From NCBI GenBank assembly GCA_004764695.1, contig SMSO01000031.1, forward strand, positions 1,526,436 to 1,590,435: 64,000 nucleotides of DNA, in the 5' to 3' direction. The position numbers and the translations under genes are program-made. Numbering within the stretch: the stretch's first letter is position 1; every line of letters starts with the position of its first letter. Positions 21,101-31,355 of the stretch are shown one piece after another. The notes beneath the pieces are model-generated. The model did no database searches and was not told the DNA's origin. It worked only from the letters and a program-made list of their open reading frames with translations. The stretch is from Schizochytrium sp. TIO01 (lineage: Eukaryota; Protista; Bigyra: Labyrinthulomycetes).

Positions 21101-23552
21101 TACGCTGGAGTTTCTCGTGAAGATAATTGCACATGGTTTATTCATTCCCAGAGAGGCTTACCTACGTAGCGGGTGGAATTGGCTTGATTTCGTCGTTCTC
21201 ATTGTAAGTTTCGTAAGCCTCGGTGGCGGAGCAGGGAACACAGGTAAAATGCTACGAATTGGCCGTATTTTACGGCCTTTGCGTATGATTAATCGTAATG
21301 AGGGTCTCAAGGTTATTGTGGATGCTGTATTGCGCGCAGTGCAGCCAGTTTCCTACACAGCAGCATTGCTGCTGGTTTACTTTTTTACATTTGGCATGGT
21401 TGGAATGGATAGTTATATGGGTCTCTTTTGGCGATGTAATGATAGTAGTGTTGCTGGACGCGGGCAATGCATTGGTCATTATATTGATTCGTCGTCCGGT
21501 ATGCTTCGTCCACGAGTTTGGTCGAATCCTGCATTTAGTTTTGATTCTATTGGTGATGCGTTTTCAGTTCTTGTTGAAACAGTATCCCTAAAGGCATGGC
21601 CTGAAAAGCTATATGTACTCATGGATACTACAGAGCTAGGAGTTCAACCGTCTCGTGATGCTTCGCCAGGGAATTCTCTATATCTTGTTGTGTTTATTTA
21701 CTTTGGCAGCTTTTTTATGATGAAGTTGTTTGTTGGTGTAATCGTTGGCACGTTTCGCAAGTTTTCTGGTACTCTTTTGTTGACCCCAGATCAACTTGAA
21801 TGGCTCGAAATGAAGCGGGTCATGGCGCATATTTCTCCTCGTCTGAGTGCTCCTCCACAGGGCTTGCGGAAACGTTGTTTTGATGCGTACATAAGCAACC
21901 GTCTTCAGCGGATGACAGCAGCATATGTCTTATTGCATTTAGTATATGTGTTTGCATGGGAGAGTGCGTCTCCTGGCAATGTCACTTCTGTTGAAAGGGT
22001 TGGTCATGGGATTTTACTGACAGTGGCAATCTTACTTCAAGGCGCCCAAGTATGGGGAGCTGGGCTGGTCAATGTATACACGCGCCGAGCATACAATATC
22101 CGCACACGGCGTTTATATCGACGCTTGCACAAGTCCAAATCATTCACAGCACTGATGCTTCTGGCTTGTGTAATCTTACCTCCTTGCACCAACATTTCTA
22201 TTCGCTTACTTGTCGCCATTAAGGCTCTCAACTTTAGTCATTTACTAAAGATTGTTAGTGCGATGTCTCCAACCATGGAAAACGTCTTGAACGTTCTCTG
22301 GAGCTGTCTTGTTCCTATGTTAAATGTCACCTTGGTGTTTTTTATGGTGATATTTGTCTATGCTATTTTAGGAATGCAACTTTTCGCAGAAGTGCGTAGT
22401 GGTGAGGTAATGGGGGTGAGTGCTAGCTTTGCAAATTTCCCCAAGGCTTTATTGACAATGTTTGAAATCACCGCAGGGGACAACTGGATTACAATTATGC
22501 GTGAGTGTGGAATAGCCGAACCTAAATGCACGAGTGGCGAGGACTGCGGATCCTATGTTGGCTCTCGAGTGTTTTTCTATTCCTTTTTTTTCATTTGCTT
22601 TGGAGCTTTTCTAAACTTATACGCCGCGACGATTATTGACGCATATGAATCTAAGCTCAAATCGCACACTATAAGATGGGACTTTACGGAAGCCCAGCTT
22701 GATAAATTTCAAGAGGTCTGGGGCCAAGTTGATCCCCGTTCTACTGGGCGTATCTCCACAAAACTTTTTCGTACTCTGTTTTTTGACCTTGGTGTTCCAT
22801 TTGTTTATGGGAAAAATGAGGAGTTCAGCGAGAGAGATAAAATTGTGCAATATAATCAAGCACGGCTCGAAATCTTTGATGCCGAAATTGTGGCTTCAGG
22901 TTTTCCCTGTGCTTTGCCAAATGGGCAAGTTGCAGAGGCTCACGATAATGAGTCTTCAGTGAGTTTTTTTGAGGTTCTTCGCGTTGTAGTTTTGATAAAT
23001 GTAGACAAGGAGAGTCTCTCAACACTTGAAAGGGTAGAACGGTGCCGCAAAGAGCGCCTGATTTTGGGCATGTTGGCTGCTATGTCGATTCAATCATGGT
23101 ATCGCGGTGTGATGCACCGCCGTATCTTGCGTGCTATGGTGCACGCGAGCCAATCTCAAGCTGGTGCTAACGATGATAATATCCGTCAATCCTATGCGGT
23201 TCTATACAGCAAGGAACTTTCCATCCATCACCCAGTAATTGGTGTTTTGCGGAGTCGGCGACCATCTCAACATGACGAGGTTAATGTTTTAGCGGTTCGA
23301 ACACTTATGAACACGGATACTACGAGCCCGATGCCAGGATCCGGAAGGGCTGGCTCCGCACGCATGTCACTGGATGCTTTAATAGAGGAGCAAGAGACAC
23401 AACAGCAACTTTCGAACATTCCACGTCGCCATTCTTTGCAAATCGAAGCTCTTTTTGCACATCGTGCTACGTATGAATCGAGCCAAGATTTAAATCTTAC
23501 TGCAGAGGAAGTCAAGGCTACTTTCGCAAAGACTAAGCCTGGTACATTCTAA
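18171..23552 (+). CDS. Four-domain voltage-gated cation channel alpha subunit (Cav/Nav superfamily) with N-terminal PH-like domain, EF-hand-like region and IQ motif
   Basis: Intronless, about 1793 aa from ATG 18171. S3 motifs PWNALDFVVV, PWNVFDFIIV, GWNWLDFVVL. S4 segments LRALRALRVLRTFK, LRLLRLLRVVRLLRR, LRIGRILRPLRMINR. Four pore loops. FQEVWGQVDPRSTGRI (EF-hand-like) and IQSWYRGVMHRR (IQ). Confidence 0.93.
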   Translation: MGREGDGAASHESSKPYEEAREALIRRMATIDGEHSLQEFVALLTSAQGVGALVHNARSRGPPLRVVLYLRSLQDGAAISPRNLGDSINVPQLVISQKTAWLPCRNSKQQDLTCISLADIKGIVVGRHTKDFQRTGRYLRGIGEPLLDMEDLDSRCFSIIISKTTVDSKDVDNNTTSMDIEIPLSQGGPARRDRLVLGLSTYVGVDILREPPEYLTSSMHKPGFTEHLHRIMYGRLMTVFLATCIFASVTIMACLSPLLEVDPDLMVQYASEVEIANSLNTCIRWVFTFEAISKIVSFESITFYLRDPWNALDFVVVVGDWLSDAVALLSVSSSGDGVSFTALRALRALRVLRTFKMLEGIREIVDTFIRTLVAVVQGIMIYFYFVGIFAVCAFEFWQSSLNAKCMLPSGAAIVPALYCRLDFADNSTCPAPATCQGISTVSKGQGFHDFGNALTTMYSMSVRAGIGSYVHNLLSVSPSPVASFFTIAFFIIFSLFVSGMVFATFIAIIRHTFATTRRHAIERRRRLTVTRQRQSAIVAPADMTRRRTRASQAFQSLRDLPKQHLKRRPPLIPLAGAIVDSPFFEGFVSFVILLNCVSFAFGYYGQPTAEADVLDTIEISFTCIFAGELIIKVLGLGGFRAYCASPWNVFDFIIVVSSLVGVFAESFVNLSLLRLLRLLRVVRLLRRNPDIVRILSALLSSFPQLGNLVLFCGLVFSVFAIMGMQLYGAKLGLPSEEELVNSTFAAVYRPPRANFDTFPNALLSLFQMMTGGAQWAIYYNILASSMATSAPFFFLTFGVFSTFIILNFMVVIIMSNFALSAEALRKLRADREDVALRAISLREKQQAKSLHNIKAAEKVWINSPLQDDDISEKIENKNVFGEALDHQNSKGCWDTLIARWVPETRRDFALLLLPPESVFRLKMQMFSEHVILQGTVLFAVAASSVLLTLEAPETQDSLGSSMLKMIAAMDIVFLVVFTLEFLVKIIAHGLFIPREAYLRSGWNWLDFVVLIVSFVSLGGGAGNTGKMLRIGRILRPLRMINRNEGLKVIVDAVLRAVQPVSYTAALLLVYFFTFGMVGMDSYMGLFWRCNDSSVAGRGQCIGHYIDSSSGMLRPRVWSNPAFSFDSIGDAFSVLVETVSLKAWPEKLYVLMDTTELGVQPSRDASPGNSLYLVVFIYFGSFFMMKLFVGVIVGTFRKFSGTLLLTPDQLEWLEMKRVMAHISPRLSAPPQGLRKRCFDAYISNRLQRMTAAYVLLHLVYVFAWESASPGNVTSVERVGHGILLTVAILLQGAQVWGAGLVNVYTRRAYNIRTRRLYRRLHKSKSFTALMLLACVILPPCTNISIRLLVAIKALNFSHLLKIVSAMSPTMENVLNVLWSCLVPMLNVTLVFFMVIFVYAILGMQLFAEVRSGEVMGVSASFANFPKALLTMFEITAGDNWITIMRECGIAEPKCTSGEDCGSYVGSRVFFYSFFFICFGAFLNLYAATIIDAYESKLKSHTIRWDFTEAQLDKFQEVWGQVDPRSTGRISTKLFRTLFFDLGVPFVYGKNEEFSERDKIVQYNQARLEIFDAEIVASGFPCALPNGQVAEAHDNESSVSFFEVLRVVVLINVDKESLSTLERVERCRKERLILGMLAAMSIQSWYRGVMHRRILRAMVHASQSQAGANDDNIRQSYAVLYSKELSIHHPVIGVLRSRRPSQHDEVNVLAVRTLMNTDTTSPMPGSGRAGSARMSLDALIEEQETQQQLSNIPRRHSLQIEALFAHRATYESSQDLNLTAEEVKATFAKTKPGTF

Positions 23553-24293
23553 TTTCCACAAACAAAGTGAGTTTACATTGTAGCTTTTTAAAGGTTATAG
23601 TTTCATACTTGGTCTTCTTTTGTACGTCAGTAATTTTACATTATTTGACTCAAACAGAATTTACCTCACTTCTCGAAGGGAGATTTTACTGTTCACAGTG
23701 TCGTGATCTATTAAATGATTAAAACGCGACGTTAAAGATGATTGTAAAATTCCTGTTCAATAGAATCGACTCTCCTTCCCCAGAGTTAATCCAGACTGGA
23801 TGGTTTCTTGAATACTTATGGCAATTCGACTATCATAAGCGACTCCAATCGAACAAGTAAAAGTACATAATATATAGATACAAAGTTCTAAGTATAGCTG
23901 TTGATCCCAAATTGTTCAAGCCACGCCTTGTTTAATTATCAAAGAAGCAGCGAAGATTGCACGTAACCAAGAGCGCGCAAAACTTTGAGAACTTCTAGCA
24001 CTTCTAGAACTAAGAACTTTCGGAACACATACTACTAAGCCATGGAAATAAATTGATCGAAAAACTGAATGTGAAAAGGAGAAGATCAACATCACTCGAT
24101 CGATCAATCGATCAATCGATCAATCAATCAATCAATCACACGATCGATCGGTCTTCGACGCTGCGCCTTTAAGTGGGCTAGTCCTCCGACTTAGGAAACA
24201 GGAAAGCGAGCGAGCGCCTGCGTGAGCGACCGCCTCGCTTTCCGTGTCTTCCTCTCCAGCGCTCCTCTCTTCTCTTCTTGTCGCGGCGTCGGC

Positions 24294-27113
24294 ATGGCGG
24301 GTCCCCCGTCATCCTCCGCCAGCTACGTCACTCCTCGTGGTCCTCCGCGCCCCGTTACTCAAAATTCCCCAGTCGACGCCTCCAACCGTCCCTCTAGTGT
24401 CCCCATGACCTCTCGAGCCCCCTCGCGTCCTCCAACATCCACTGGCGCCGCTACACCAATGTCAGCCTCGAATCGCACCATGGCTTCGTCAGCATCAACA
24501 GCAGCGACTTCGTCAGTCACGTCTCCGGTAGGCTCTGCTTCTGGAGGCCTCAACGGTGAACTTGTCGAATACATGCGGCAGCAAGGCTTCGTTCACGCTG
24601 CCCAAACACTGCTGCAGGAGCTCAGCGGCGACGTATCCGCGTCCAACGGCGGCTTTCCGAACAACAACAATAGTAACAACAAGAATATCCAAAACAACGG
24701 CATTCAAAACGGAAACAACAACAACAACAGCAGCAGCTTCAACTACGCTGGTCCGAATGGAGTCAGTGGCAATAGCAGCAACAGCCCGACCAGATCAGGT
24801 TCGCAGCGACTTGCTTCATATGAGCAGAGTTATAGTGCTCTTCGGGAATGGGTTTTGCAGTCTCTTGACAGATTTCGAGACGAGATGTGGCCGGTGTTAT
24901 GGGTAGTCTTCGCGCATTCTGCGTTGAACTTGGTTCTCTCAACAGGTAGTCGAGATGCCATTGCATTTGTGGAAAGGTTCCGGCAGGACCACGAGATCAA
25001 TCACCTGGACGAGATCGTGGAGCTGAGCTCCCTTACATCTGCTTCGCAGGTGCAGTCAAGCGGTTTGGCTCAAAGGTTGCAGCAGAACCGCTTCGAGATT
25101 CGCATGTCGCAGTACGCGTGCGAGCTGCTTCTTGGGTTTGCCATTGAGCATAACCTTCTGCTCGTGCTGTCCATCATCAATGAGCGCACTGAGATCAAAA
25201 TGGTCGAGCAACAGGAGCACATATCTTGTATGGGCGGAGCCGTATCTGGCGTTCGTGAGATGGATGCCAACGCTGCGATGGCCTTGAGTGGTACCAGGGC
25301 TACGCCAGCTAACAACCTCCAGAATGTTAAGGTCAACTGGGGGGTGCCAAAGTCCTTCCAGGCTTTGCTCCCAGGCGCTACAGGAGCTCTTGCGGCACTT
25401 GCGCAGTTCCCAACAACACCGCAGGATTACAAACCCAACGGAGAACAGGCTGCCAAGGACCCGGAGGAGAAAAATAAGGAAAAAACTGAGACACAGAAAC
25501 TTGAGGAGGACCCTCACGCGCCGCAGTATAAAGCAGCCAGACTCACAAAGCTCGATAGGCACAACCTCACGCTCCGCAAAGAAGAGGCCCAACGCAAGAA
25601 AGAAGCGAGCCAGAACAACAATGCGGACAAAGGCAAGGGAATTACGAGGCAAGTTGATGCCACAAATCACACACCAGGACCTGATGCAGAGGTTACTGGC
25701 AACAAATTTGTGGAACACATTGAACAGCAAATCCTGCATGAACTACTTCTTAGCATCGCGTCAGGTCCAGAGGACATTGCAGAAAAGACACTAGCGCAGA
25801 AAGTTACGGAGAGAGCAGACGCTCTTGTGTGTGCTGTGGGTATGCCAGAGGACCTAAGTAAGCCAAGCGCATCGCACAAGACTGGACATGTGCCTGTATC
25901 TCCAACGATGACCTTGGGGTGGCCGTCGATCGCACTGCAGACGTTCTTCAATGCTCACGATTCTCTTATTTGTGCTGAAGCGGCACACGAACAGAAATTA
26001 TTTGCAGCTGGCTTTGACGATAGTGTTGTGCGCGTTTGGTACTACCCGACGCCGTCATCAACTTCTTCGACCACGGGTGAGGATGAATCCGACACGGAGC
26101 CCATCAGTGAGGACCTGTACGGGCACTCAGGACCGGTGTATGCATGCAGCTTTAGCCCAGACGGATCAACACTACTCTCGGCATCTGCTGACGGCACTGT
26201 GCGGCTGTGGATGCGGTTTCCAGACCTTGTGGATGAATTGAACACTGAGGACGAAGGTATTGCGACGACCAAAAAGCGTTCGCGAAATGGACAAGGCGCA
26301 TGGCGAAATATTTTCGCATACAAACATCATCCGGATGCTCCTGTGTGGGATGTGCGTTTCTCTCCTGCCGGGTATTACTTTGTCAGTGCATCGCATGATG
26401 GAGTGGCTCGCCTCTGGAGCGTCGAGTCACCAAAGCCTTTGCGCTTATTCACAGGCCATCTTGCCGATGTTGATTGTGTCCAATGGCACCCAAACTGCCT
26501 CTATGTAGCCACTGGGTCCACTGATAAAACTGTGCGCACATGGAACGTGTCAACTGGTGAGTGCACGCGAGTTATGTGCGGTCACACGGCTGGCATCACC
26601 ACGCTGGCGTTTGCGTCGAGCGGTCGGTACCTTGTCTCCGGAGGCCAGGACAAGCGCGTAATTGTCTGGGATTTTGCTGCTGCAGATCGTATTATGGTTC
26701 TTGATGGTCACACTGCACCCGTATATTCTGTCACTGTTTCTCCAGATATGGCTTTCATTGCGAGTGGATCTGCTGATGGTGCAGTGCGCGTGTGGGATGC
26801 TCACCACATTTGGGGCCGGGCGTCTCTTCCTTACTTCAAGGCAATTCATGGTCTTGACAAACACAGCAAGTCTTTCATTCCTCAAGACACGATGGACTCC
26901 AAGCGCAAGACGGCTGGATCGAGTAGTTCCAGCAATAATGCTGCAGCTGGTGGCTTGGCTCCATCGAGCGAGCTTCACCCTCCCAAATATGTTCGCGAAC
27001 CGCCGAGTTGCCGTTCGTTTCCTACCAAATACACACCTGTGCATTATGTTGCTTTTGTGAATGAACGGCTTTGTCTCGCAGCTGGATCCTTCTCCCTCCC
27101 AGTCCTGGAGTAG
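24294..27113 (+). CDS. TAF5: Transcription initiation factor TFIID/SAGA subunit 5
   Basis: ATG at 24294 (MAGPPSSS). LisH-like LVEYMRQQGFVHAAQTLLQE; NTD2 YEQSYSALREWVLQSLDRFRDEMWPVLWVVFAH; TAF5-type WD40 repeats (GHSGPVY, PVWDVRFSPAGYYFVSASHD, GHLADVDCVQWHPNCLYVATGSTDKTVR); C-terminal FPTKYTPV. Confidence 0.93.
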   Translation: MAGPPSSSASYVTPRGPPRPVTQNSPVDASNRPSSVPMTSRAPSRPPTSTGAATPMSASNRTMASSASTAATSSVTSPVGSASGGLNGELVEYMRQQGFVHAAQTLLQELSGDVSASNGGFPNNNNSNNKNIQNNGIQNGNNNNNSSSFNYAGPNGVSGNSSNSPTRSGSQRLASYEQSYSALREWVLQSLDRFRDEMWPVLWVVFAHSALNLVLSTGSRDAIAFVERFRQDHEINHLDEIVELSSLTSASQVQSSGLAQRLQQNRFEIRMSQYACELLLGFAIEHNLLLVLSIINERTEIKMVEQQEHISCMGGAVSGVREMDANAAMALSGTRATPANNLQNVKVNWGVPKSFQALLPGATGALAALAQFPTTPQDYKPNGEQAAKDPEEKNKEKTETQKLEEDPHAPQYKAARLTKLDRHNLTLRKEEAQRKKEASQNNNADKGKGITRQVDATNHTPGPDAEVTGNKFVEHIEQQILHELLLSIASGPEDIAEKTLAQKVTERADALVCAVGMPEDLSKPSASHKTGHVPVSPTMTLGWPSIALQTFFNAHDSLICAEAAHEQKLFAAGFDDSVVRVWYYPTPSSTSSTTGEDESDTEPISEDLYGHSGPVYACSFSPDGSTLLSASADGTVRLWMRFPDLVDELNTEDEGIATTKKRSRNGQGAWRNIFAYKHHPDAPVWDVRFSPAGYYFVSASHDGVARLWSVESPKPLRLFTGHLADVDCVQWHPNCLYVATGSTDKTVRTWNVSTGECTRVMCGHTAGITTLAFASSGRYLVSGGQDKRVIVWDFAAADRIMVLDGHTAPVYSVTVSPDMAFIASGSADGAVRVWDAHHIWGRASLPYFKAIHGLDKHSKSFIPQDTMDSKRKTAGSSSSSNNAAAGGLAPSSELHPPKYVREPPSCRSFPTKYTPVHYVAFVNERLCLAAGSFSLPVLE

Positions 27114-27990
27114 GTGGGTTTTCTTCCATTCTTTTTTCATCATCTTCACCTTCATGTTCCTTTGGACGTAGAATTTCATTGCAAGAAGAAGTTGGCTATT
27201 CACATATTTGCATAGGCGCGAACCCAATTCTTATTTTTTAATCATGATGACTCGAAATGTCTTTCGAGCACTTTATACACTTCTTTAACGGCTGGTAGAA
27301 TAGAAATTTTAACATAACCGCTGCTACAACATCACCTATCACTTTTGTAGCGCACATGACTCTTTTCCTACCATTAGAGCACACCACAGAGAGACTGGGT
27401 TACCTTCTCGGTTTCGATCTCGCTTTGTTGCATTTTAAACACAAGAAAGAATATGAAGGAAACGAGGAGAAATGACCTCGTCACTCTTATGAAAGCAGCA
27501 ACACCTGTATTGTTTGCTGTTGCGTTGCAACAACTAACCATTTATATTTCTATAAAAATAACCTATAATGGCAGCCCACCAAATATGGAGAGCTGCAACA
27601 ACAATCTACATTCTTCAACCATAAAGAAAGTTACGTATCTGGTTTTTGTTTTTTTCTTATTCGAATTTTCTTGTTCCAAAAAAAGCCAAGTGATCAAATG
27701 GTACGATTTTAAATTTTCATTCTAGAGGATGAATTTCCAAGCATGTTAATGATTTCTTGCTTGCAAACTAATAGATCGGGTTAAGTTGTCTTCTTCGATT
27801 ATTTGATGTGCCCAACCTGAGAAAGCTTCTTTTCTACGATATTTCTTCATAAAATCCAAAATGGAAAAGGTCAAACCAGCAGGTGAGGAACATAGAAATT
27901 GCGAGCACAACAGCTTGGTCTTGTGGTACGCAAGGAAGTTTAAGTTTTGGTAAAATTGAGAATATTGCGGCAGCAAAGAAAACATAGGTT

Positions 27991-30180
27991 TTACACCAGT
28001 TTAGGGTTGTTCTGTTTGAAGGTTTCGAAACGCTTCCAGAGTTCGGAAGTTGGGATAATGATGCCATCGAGGACTGTGTCAGTATTCCCCTTTTCGTATT
28101 CGTCAAGCTTGCCCACAAGGATGCGATGAGCATGAGCAAATGCCTTACGAATCTTGGGGATATTGTAGGAGGAGCTACCGAGGTCCTGCTCAAGGTCCTC
28201 GGGGTTCTCCAAAGAGAGAATACCGGGACGGCGGCCCTCAGGTGATACATCTTTAGTTCTGTACATACCGCCGTCACGTAGGCTAATGGCGACCTTGGCG
28301 TAGTTGAAACGTTGACCATATAAATCAAGGAATTCTAGCAAAAGCGTACCAAGATCCTCAAGATCTTCGACACGATCGTCAGAACGTGTCTTTGTGAAGA
28401 GCAAACGCCGACGAAATTGCTGGAGCATACTAACAATCATACATAGACACAGATGGGACCCAATACCACCCCTGTATGTCTCATTGATGTCACGTTGCGC
28501 CAGAAAGTACTTTACAGTGAGCACTAATGGACGCAACGCGGGCATTTCCTGAATCAGCTTGCGAATCATGCGGCCTGTTTCGATACCTCCAGGCTGGTCA
28601 AAACTAATGTCAACTTGAGAAGGACTATCCTTCAAGTACATTTTGATGATAGGCACACGGGCGGTGGAGATTGTTTCAATAGAACGAACCATGTCACGTG
28701 ATTTCAGTGCCTTGGAGAGTTTAAAGATGGCATTTGTTGGGGCATGGAAGAGAGTCATATCCACATCACTGTTCGGGATGCAAAGGTCGTTAGCAAAACT
28801 GCCAAAAATACCAATGTCAGAACCAGGAAAGAGTTCTGATGTAAGTTCACGCAACGTGTCTACGTCGTTTTGACGTGCACTTGTCTCAAATGTAGTGGTG
28901 TCAATCAATTTAATGAATCGCAAGATTTCATTGTGTAGCTGAAGGAGACCAGGCACCCGCTGATTACGTAAAGGGGTCCTACCCAGCTTAACAAGCATCC
29001 AAGGGACTTTGGGGCGAGACTTATCTTCATCCGCTGCATCGTCGCTTTGTCCAGCGGCATTTTTACCTGGGGTCTTGTTGCCTTCACGTCGTGGATCAAA
29101 CTCTTCTACGGAAAGGAAGTTCTCCGAGAGTTTGGTTGGTGTAAGTTCGTCAGCAGCCGCCCCATCGGCCGCATTCTTGCTCGCTGCCACCTTACGCGGA
29201 GTGGTGTGACCTCGTAACATGCTGCGGATGTTCTTGCCTACATCCGATGTGACTTGCTCAGGCTCAAACTCTTCATAGTCGAAAGTCTTCTGGAACATGG
29301 GCTGCTTCATGGTACGCTCAGGGAGAAGATCTGCCTCATTATCTTGGTCTTCGTCCTCATCCTCCTGTTCTTGCTGAATGATATCCTCCACAACTGTCAC
29401 ATTATCACCATGATCTTCATCCTCGTCGCCACTCTCTTCTGCGGTAGCGCCTCCTCCTGAGGACAGTCGAAAGTACTTCAAGCGAACGATAGCAAGATCA
29501 TGTTCGAGCTGCTCCATTCGTTTAAGGCGTTTCGCACGACCTTTCGTGGTTCCCTCATCAAGAATACGTTTCTGGTTGGCGATATGCTCCAGGAGTTTCT
29601 CATGGAGCTGGAGGTAGTATATCCTCACAGACTTCTTACCTCGAATCAGGGATCCAGACTCGAAGGCCTTGTTATTGTCAAATTCCTTCAGCCACTCTGG
29701 CATGTTCTTTGAAAGATCCTGGCCAGCTTCAATGATTTCAGCACTACTTGCCGGGGCATTTTGGCGCGCCGTTTTTAAGAGCTGCGAAAACTTTTCAATC
29801 TCCGCATTGATGTTATCATCAGATGTATCTGCATCTGAAGATCTCTGTTTCTCAAGTCTCTCGAGCACAGCTTCATAGTACTGCATTGCTGTCATAGCTT
29901 TTCCTTTATGGAATCCTTTTAGCTCCACGATGCTCGCCTCTTCGCTCTTAGCACCATCACATTCTTCGCCTTTATCCACCTCTTTTTTTGCACTCTTCTT
30001 TGCGGTCTGTTTGCTGCCCGCCTGTTTGCCATCATCTTCCCAGTCCGGTCGAGGCCTCTTTGAGCTTGGTGTTTTAGCCTGGTGTTGTTGTTGCTGCTGC
30101 TCGTTGGAGTTCACGCTAGCGCCATCTGCGTCGCCTTCGTCGGCGTGTGTCGCCTCCAAGTCTTTGCTCTTTGAGGGCAT
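27991..30180 (-). CDS. TRF4: Non-canonical poly(A) RNA polymerase, Trf4/PAPD5 family (TRAMP complex)
   Basis: LHNEILRF; nucleotidyltransferase motif FGSFANDLCIPNSDVDM; ARVPIIK, VDISF, LRPLVLTVKYFLAQRDINETYRGGIGS; PAP-associated LGTLLLEFLDLYG...LSLENPED...DLGSSSY. Long charged N-terminal extension. Confidence 0.9.
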   Translation of the reverse strand: MPSKSKDLEATHADEGDADGASVNSNEQQQQQHQAKTPSSKRPRPDWEDDGKQAGSKQTAKKSAKKEVDKGEECDGAKSEEASIVELKGFHKGKAMTAMQYYEAVLERLEKQRSSDADTSDDNINAEIEKFSQLLKTARQNAPASSAEIIEAGQDLSKNMPEWLKEFDNNKAFESGSLIRGKKSVRIYYLQLHEKLLEHIANQKRILDEGTTKGRAKRLKRMEQLEHDLAIVRLKYFRLSSGGGATAEESGDEDEDHGDNVTVVEDIIQQEQEDEDEDQDNEADLLPERTMKQPMFQKTFDYEEFEPEQVTSDVGKNIRSMLRGHTTPRKVAASKNAADGAAADELTPTKLSENFLSVEEFDPRREGNKTPGKNAAGQSDDAADEDKSRPKVPWMLVKLGRTPLRNQRVPGLLQLHNEILRFIKLIDTTTFETSARQNDVDTLRELTSELFPGSDIGIFGSFANDLCIPNSDVDMTLFHAPTNAIFKLSKALKSRDMVRSIETISTARVPIIKMYLKDSPSQVDISFDQPGGIETGRMIRKLIQEMPALRPLVLTVKYFLAQRDINETYRGGIGSHLCLCMIVSMLQQFRRRLLFTKTRSDDRVEDLEDLGTLLLEFLDLYGQRFNYAKVAISLRDGGMYRTKDVSPEGRRPGILSLENPEDLEQDLGSSSYNIPKIRKAFAHAHRILVGKLDEYEKGNTDTVLDGIIIPTSELWKRFETFKQNNPKLV

Positions 30181-31355
30181 CTCACCTTCAAAACGAGCCT
30201 GTCAGCCTTGAAGTCACCAGAATGTAATATCCTGGCTGAGCAGGTTCTAATTGACTGCCTGCTGCGCTTGGAGCTCTATCCGCAACGCCGCAAGAGCCTG
30301 CGTGCTGTTCCGCTTTGCCAGCGTCTGATTTCATTGTCAAAGCAGAAGACCGCCACTCATTCATTTATTTATTTCGTTTTATTTTTCCTTCTCTTAGACT
30401 ACCTAGTTAATACTCTACCAGTACCTCTACCTCTCATCTTCTGCCAGAACGAATAGAACATCAAAATTGGAGGGGAAGAACCTTCGTGGTCAATGAGCTC
30501 ATGACAGTCTTTGCTCCCTTTGACAAATTACCCTGGGAGGCAGTTGGTCATGAGAGTCAATTGTCAACTCAATATAGATAGATGCTCGCTTGAATTAGAT
30601 GTGCAAGGTTAGGTTTTGCAATACAATCATCAGAGTGAGATTTGTTTTTGGTGATGCAGTTCAAGCTTTCGGAATGCCATTTAGACTCACGATTCTGTAA
30701 TAGAAACTTTTTTGAAATGATGTGCTAAATGCATTTGGGTTAGTCATCAAGCTCAAACACGCCTTTCGAATAACTTTCGTAGCATTCCTAGGTACTCTTG
30801 ATTTCTTCTACTCACAAGTACGTTTATTTGGGAATTTCACCAGTAGACGCATGGTTTTTTAATGTTTCTGCTCGGAAATGAATAAACATGTTCTTGGGCA
30901 GTACAATAGTTTTGCAAATATGAAACAAGATAAACAGATCAGAGTCTGGTTGTCTGTGCACGTTTTCAAGCCAAATCTAATTGAATAATGGAAAATATAG
31001 TGTTAAAGATTGGGGTAGATGAGTGAGTGTAGGCATAAAAGTGAGGGCAACAGATAATTTGGATGAAATGTTCTCCGTGCAATGATACAACCAAATGCTC
31101 TTTCAAGGATTGTGTTAATACATTGTGAAATGAAAAAGAGACAAGCAATTGCAAATACAAATAAAGAGCAATGATAATGATATGGAGAGTATGTATATAT
31201 GTACGATCGCTAATGGCAACATGCAAGCACCAGTTGCGAGAAAAACTTTGCGGAGTTGTGTATGTGTGACAGGTATTCAATAATGCACGCAGATGTAGGA
31301 CATGGGTTTGCATGAAAAAAAAAGGGGTACAATTAGAGCTGATGTGTTGTGTGTT

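Noticed and set aside
3512-27113. Co-location of two SAGA-related genes (Sgf11-like and TAF5) as a functional cluster
   Set aside because: They are about 17 kb apart with unrelated genes between them; consistent with chance in a gene-dense genome.
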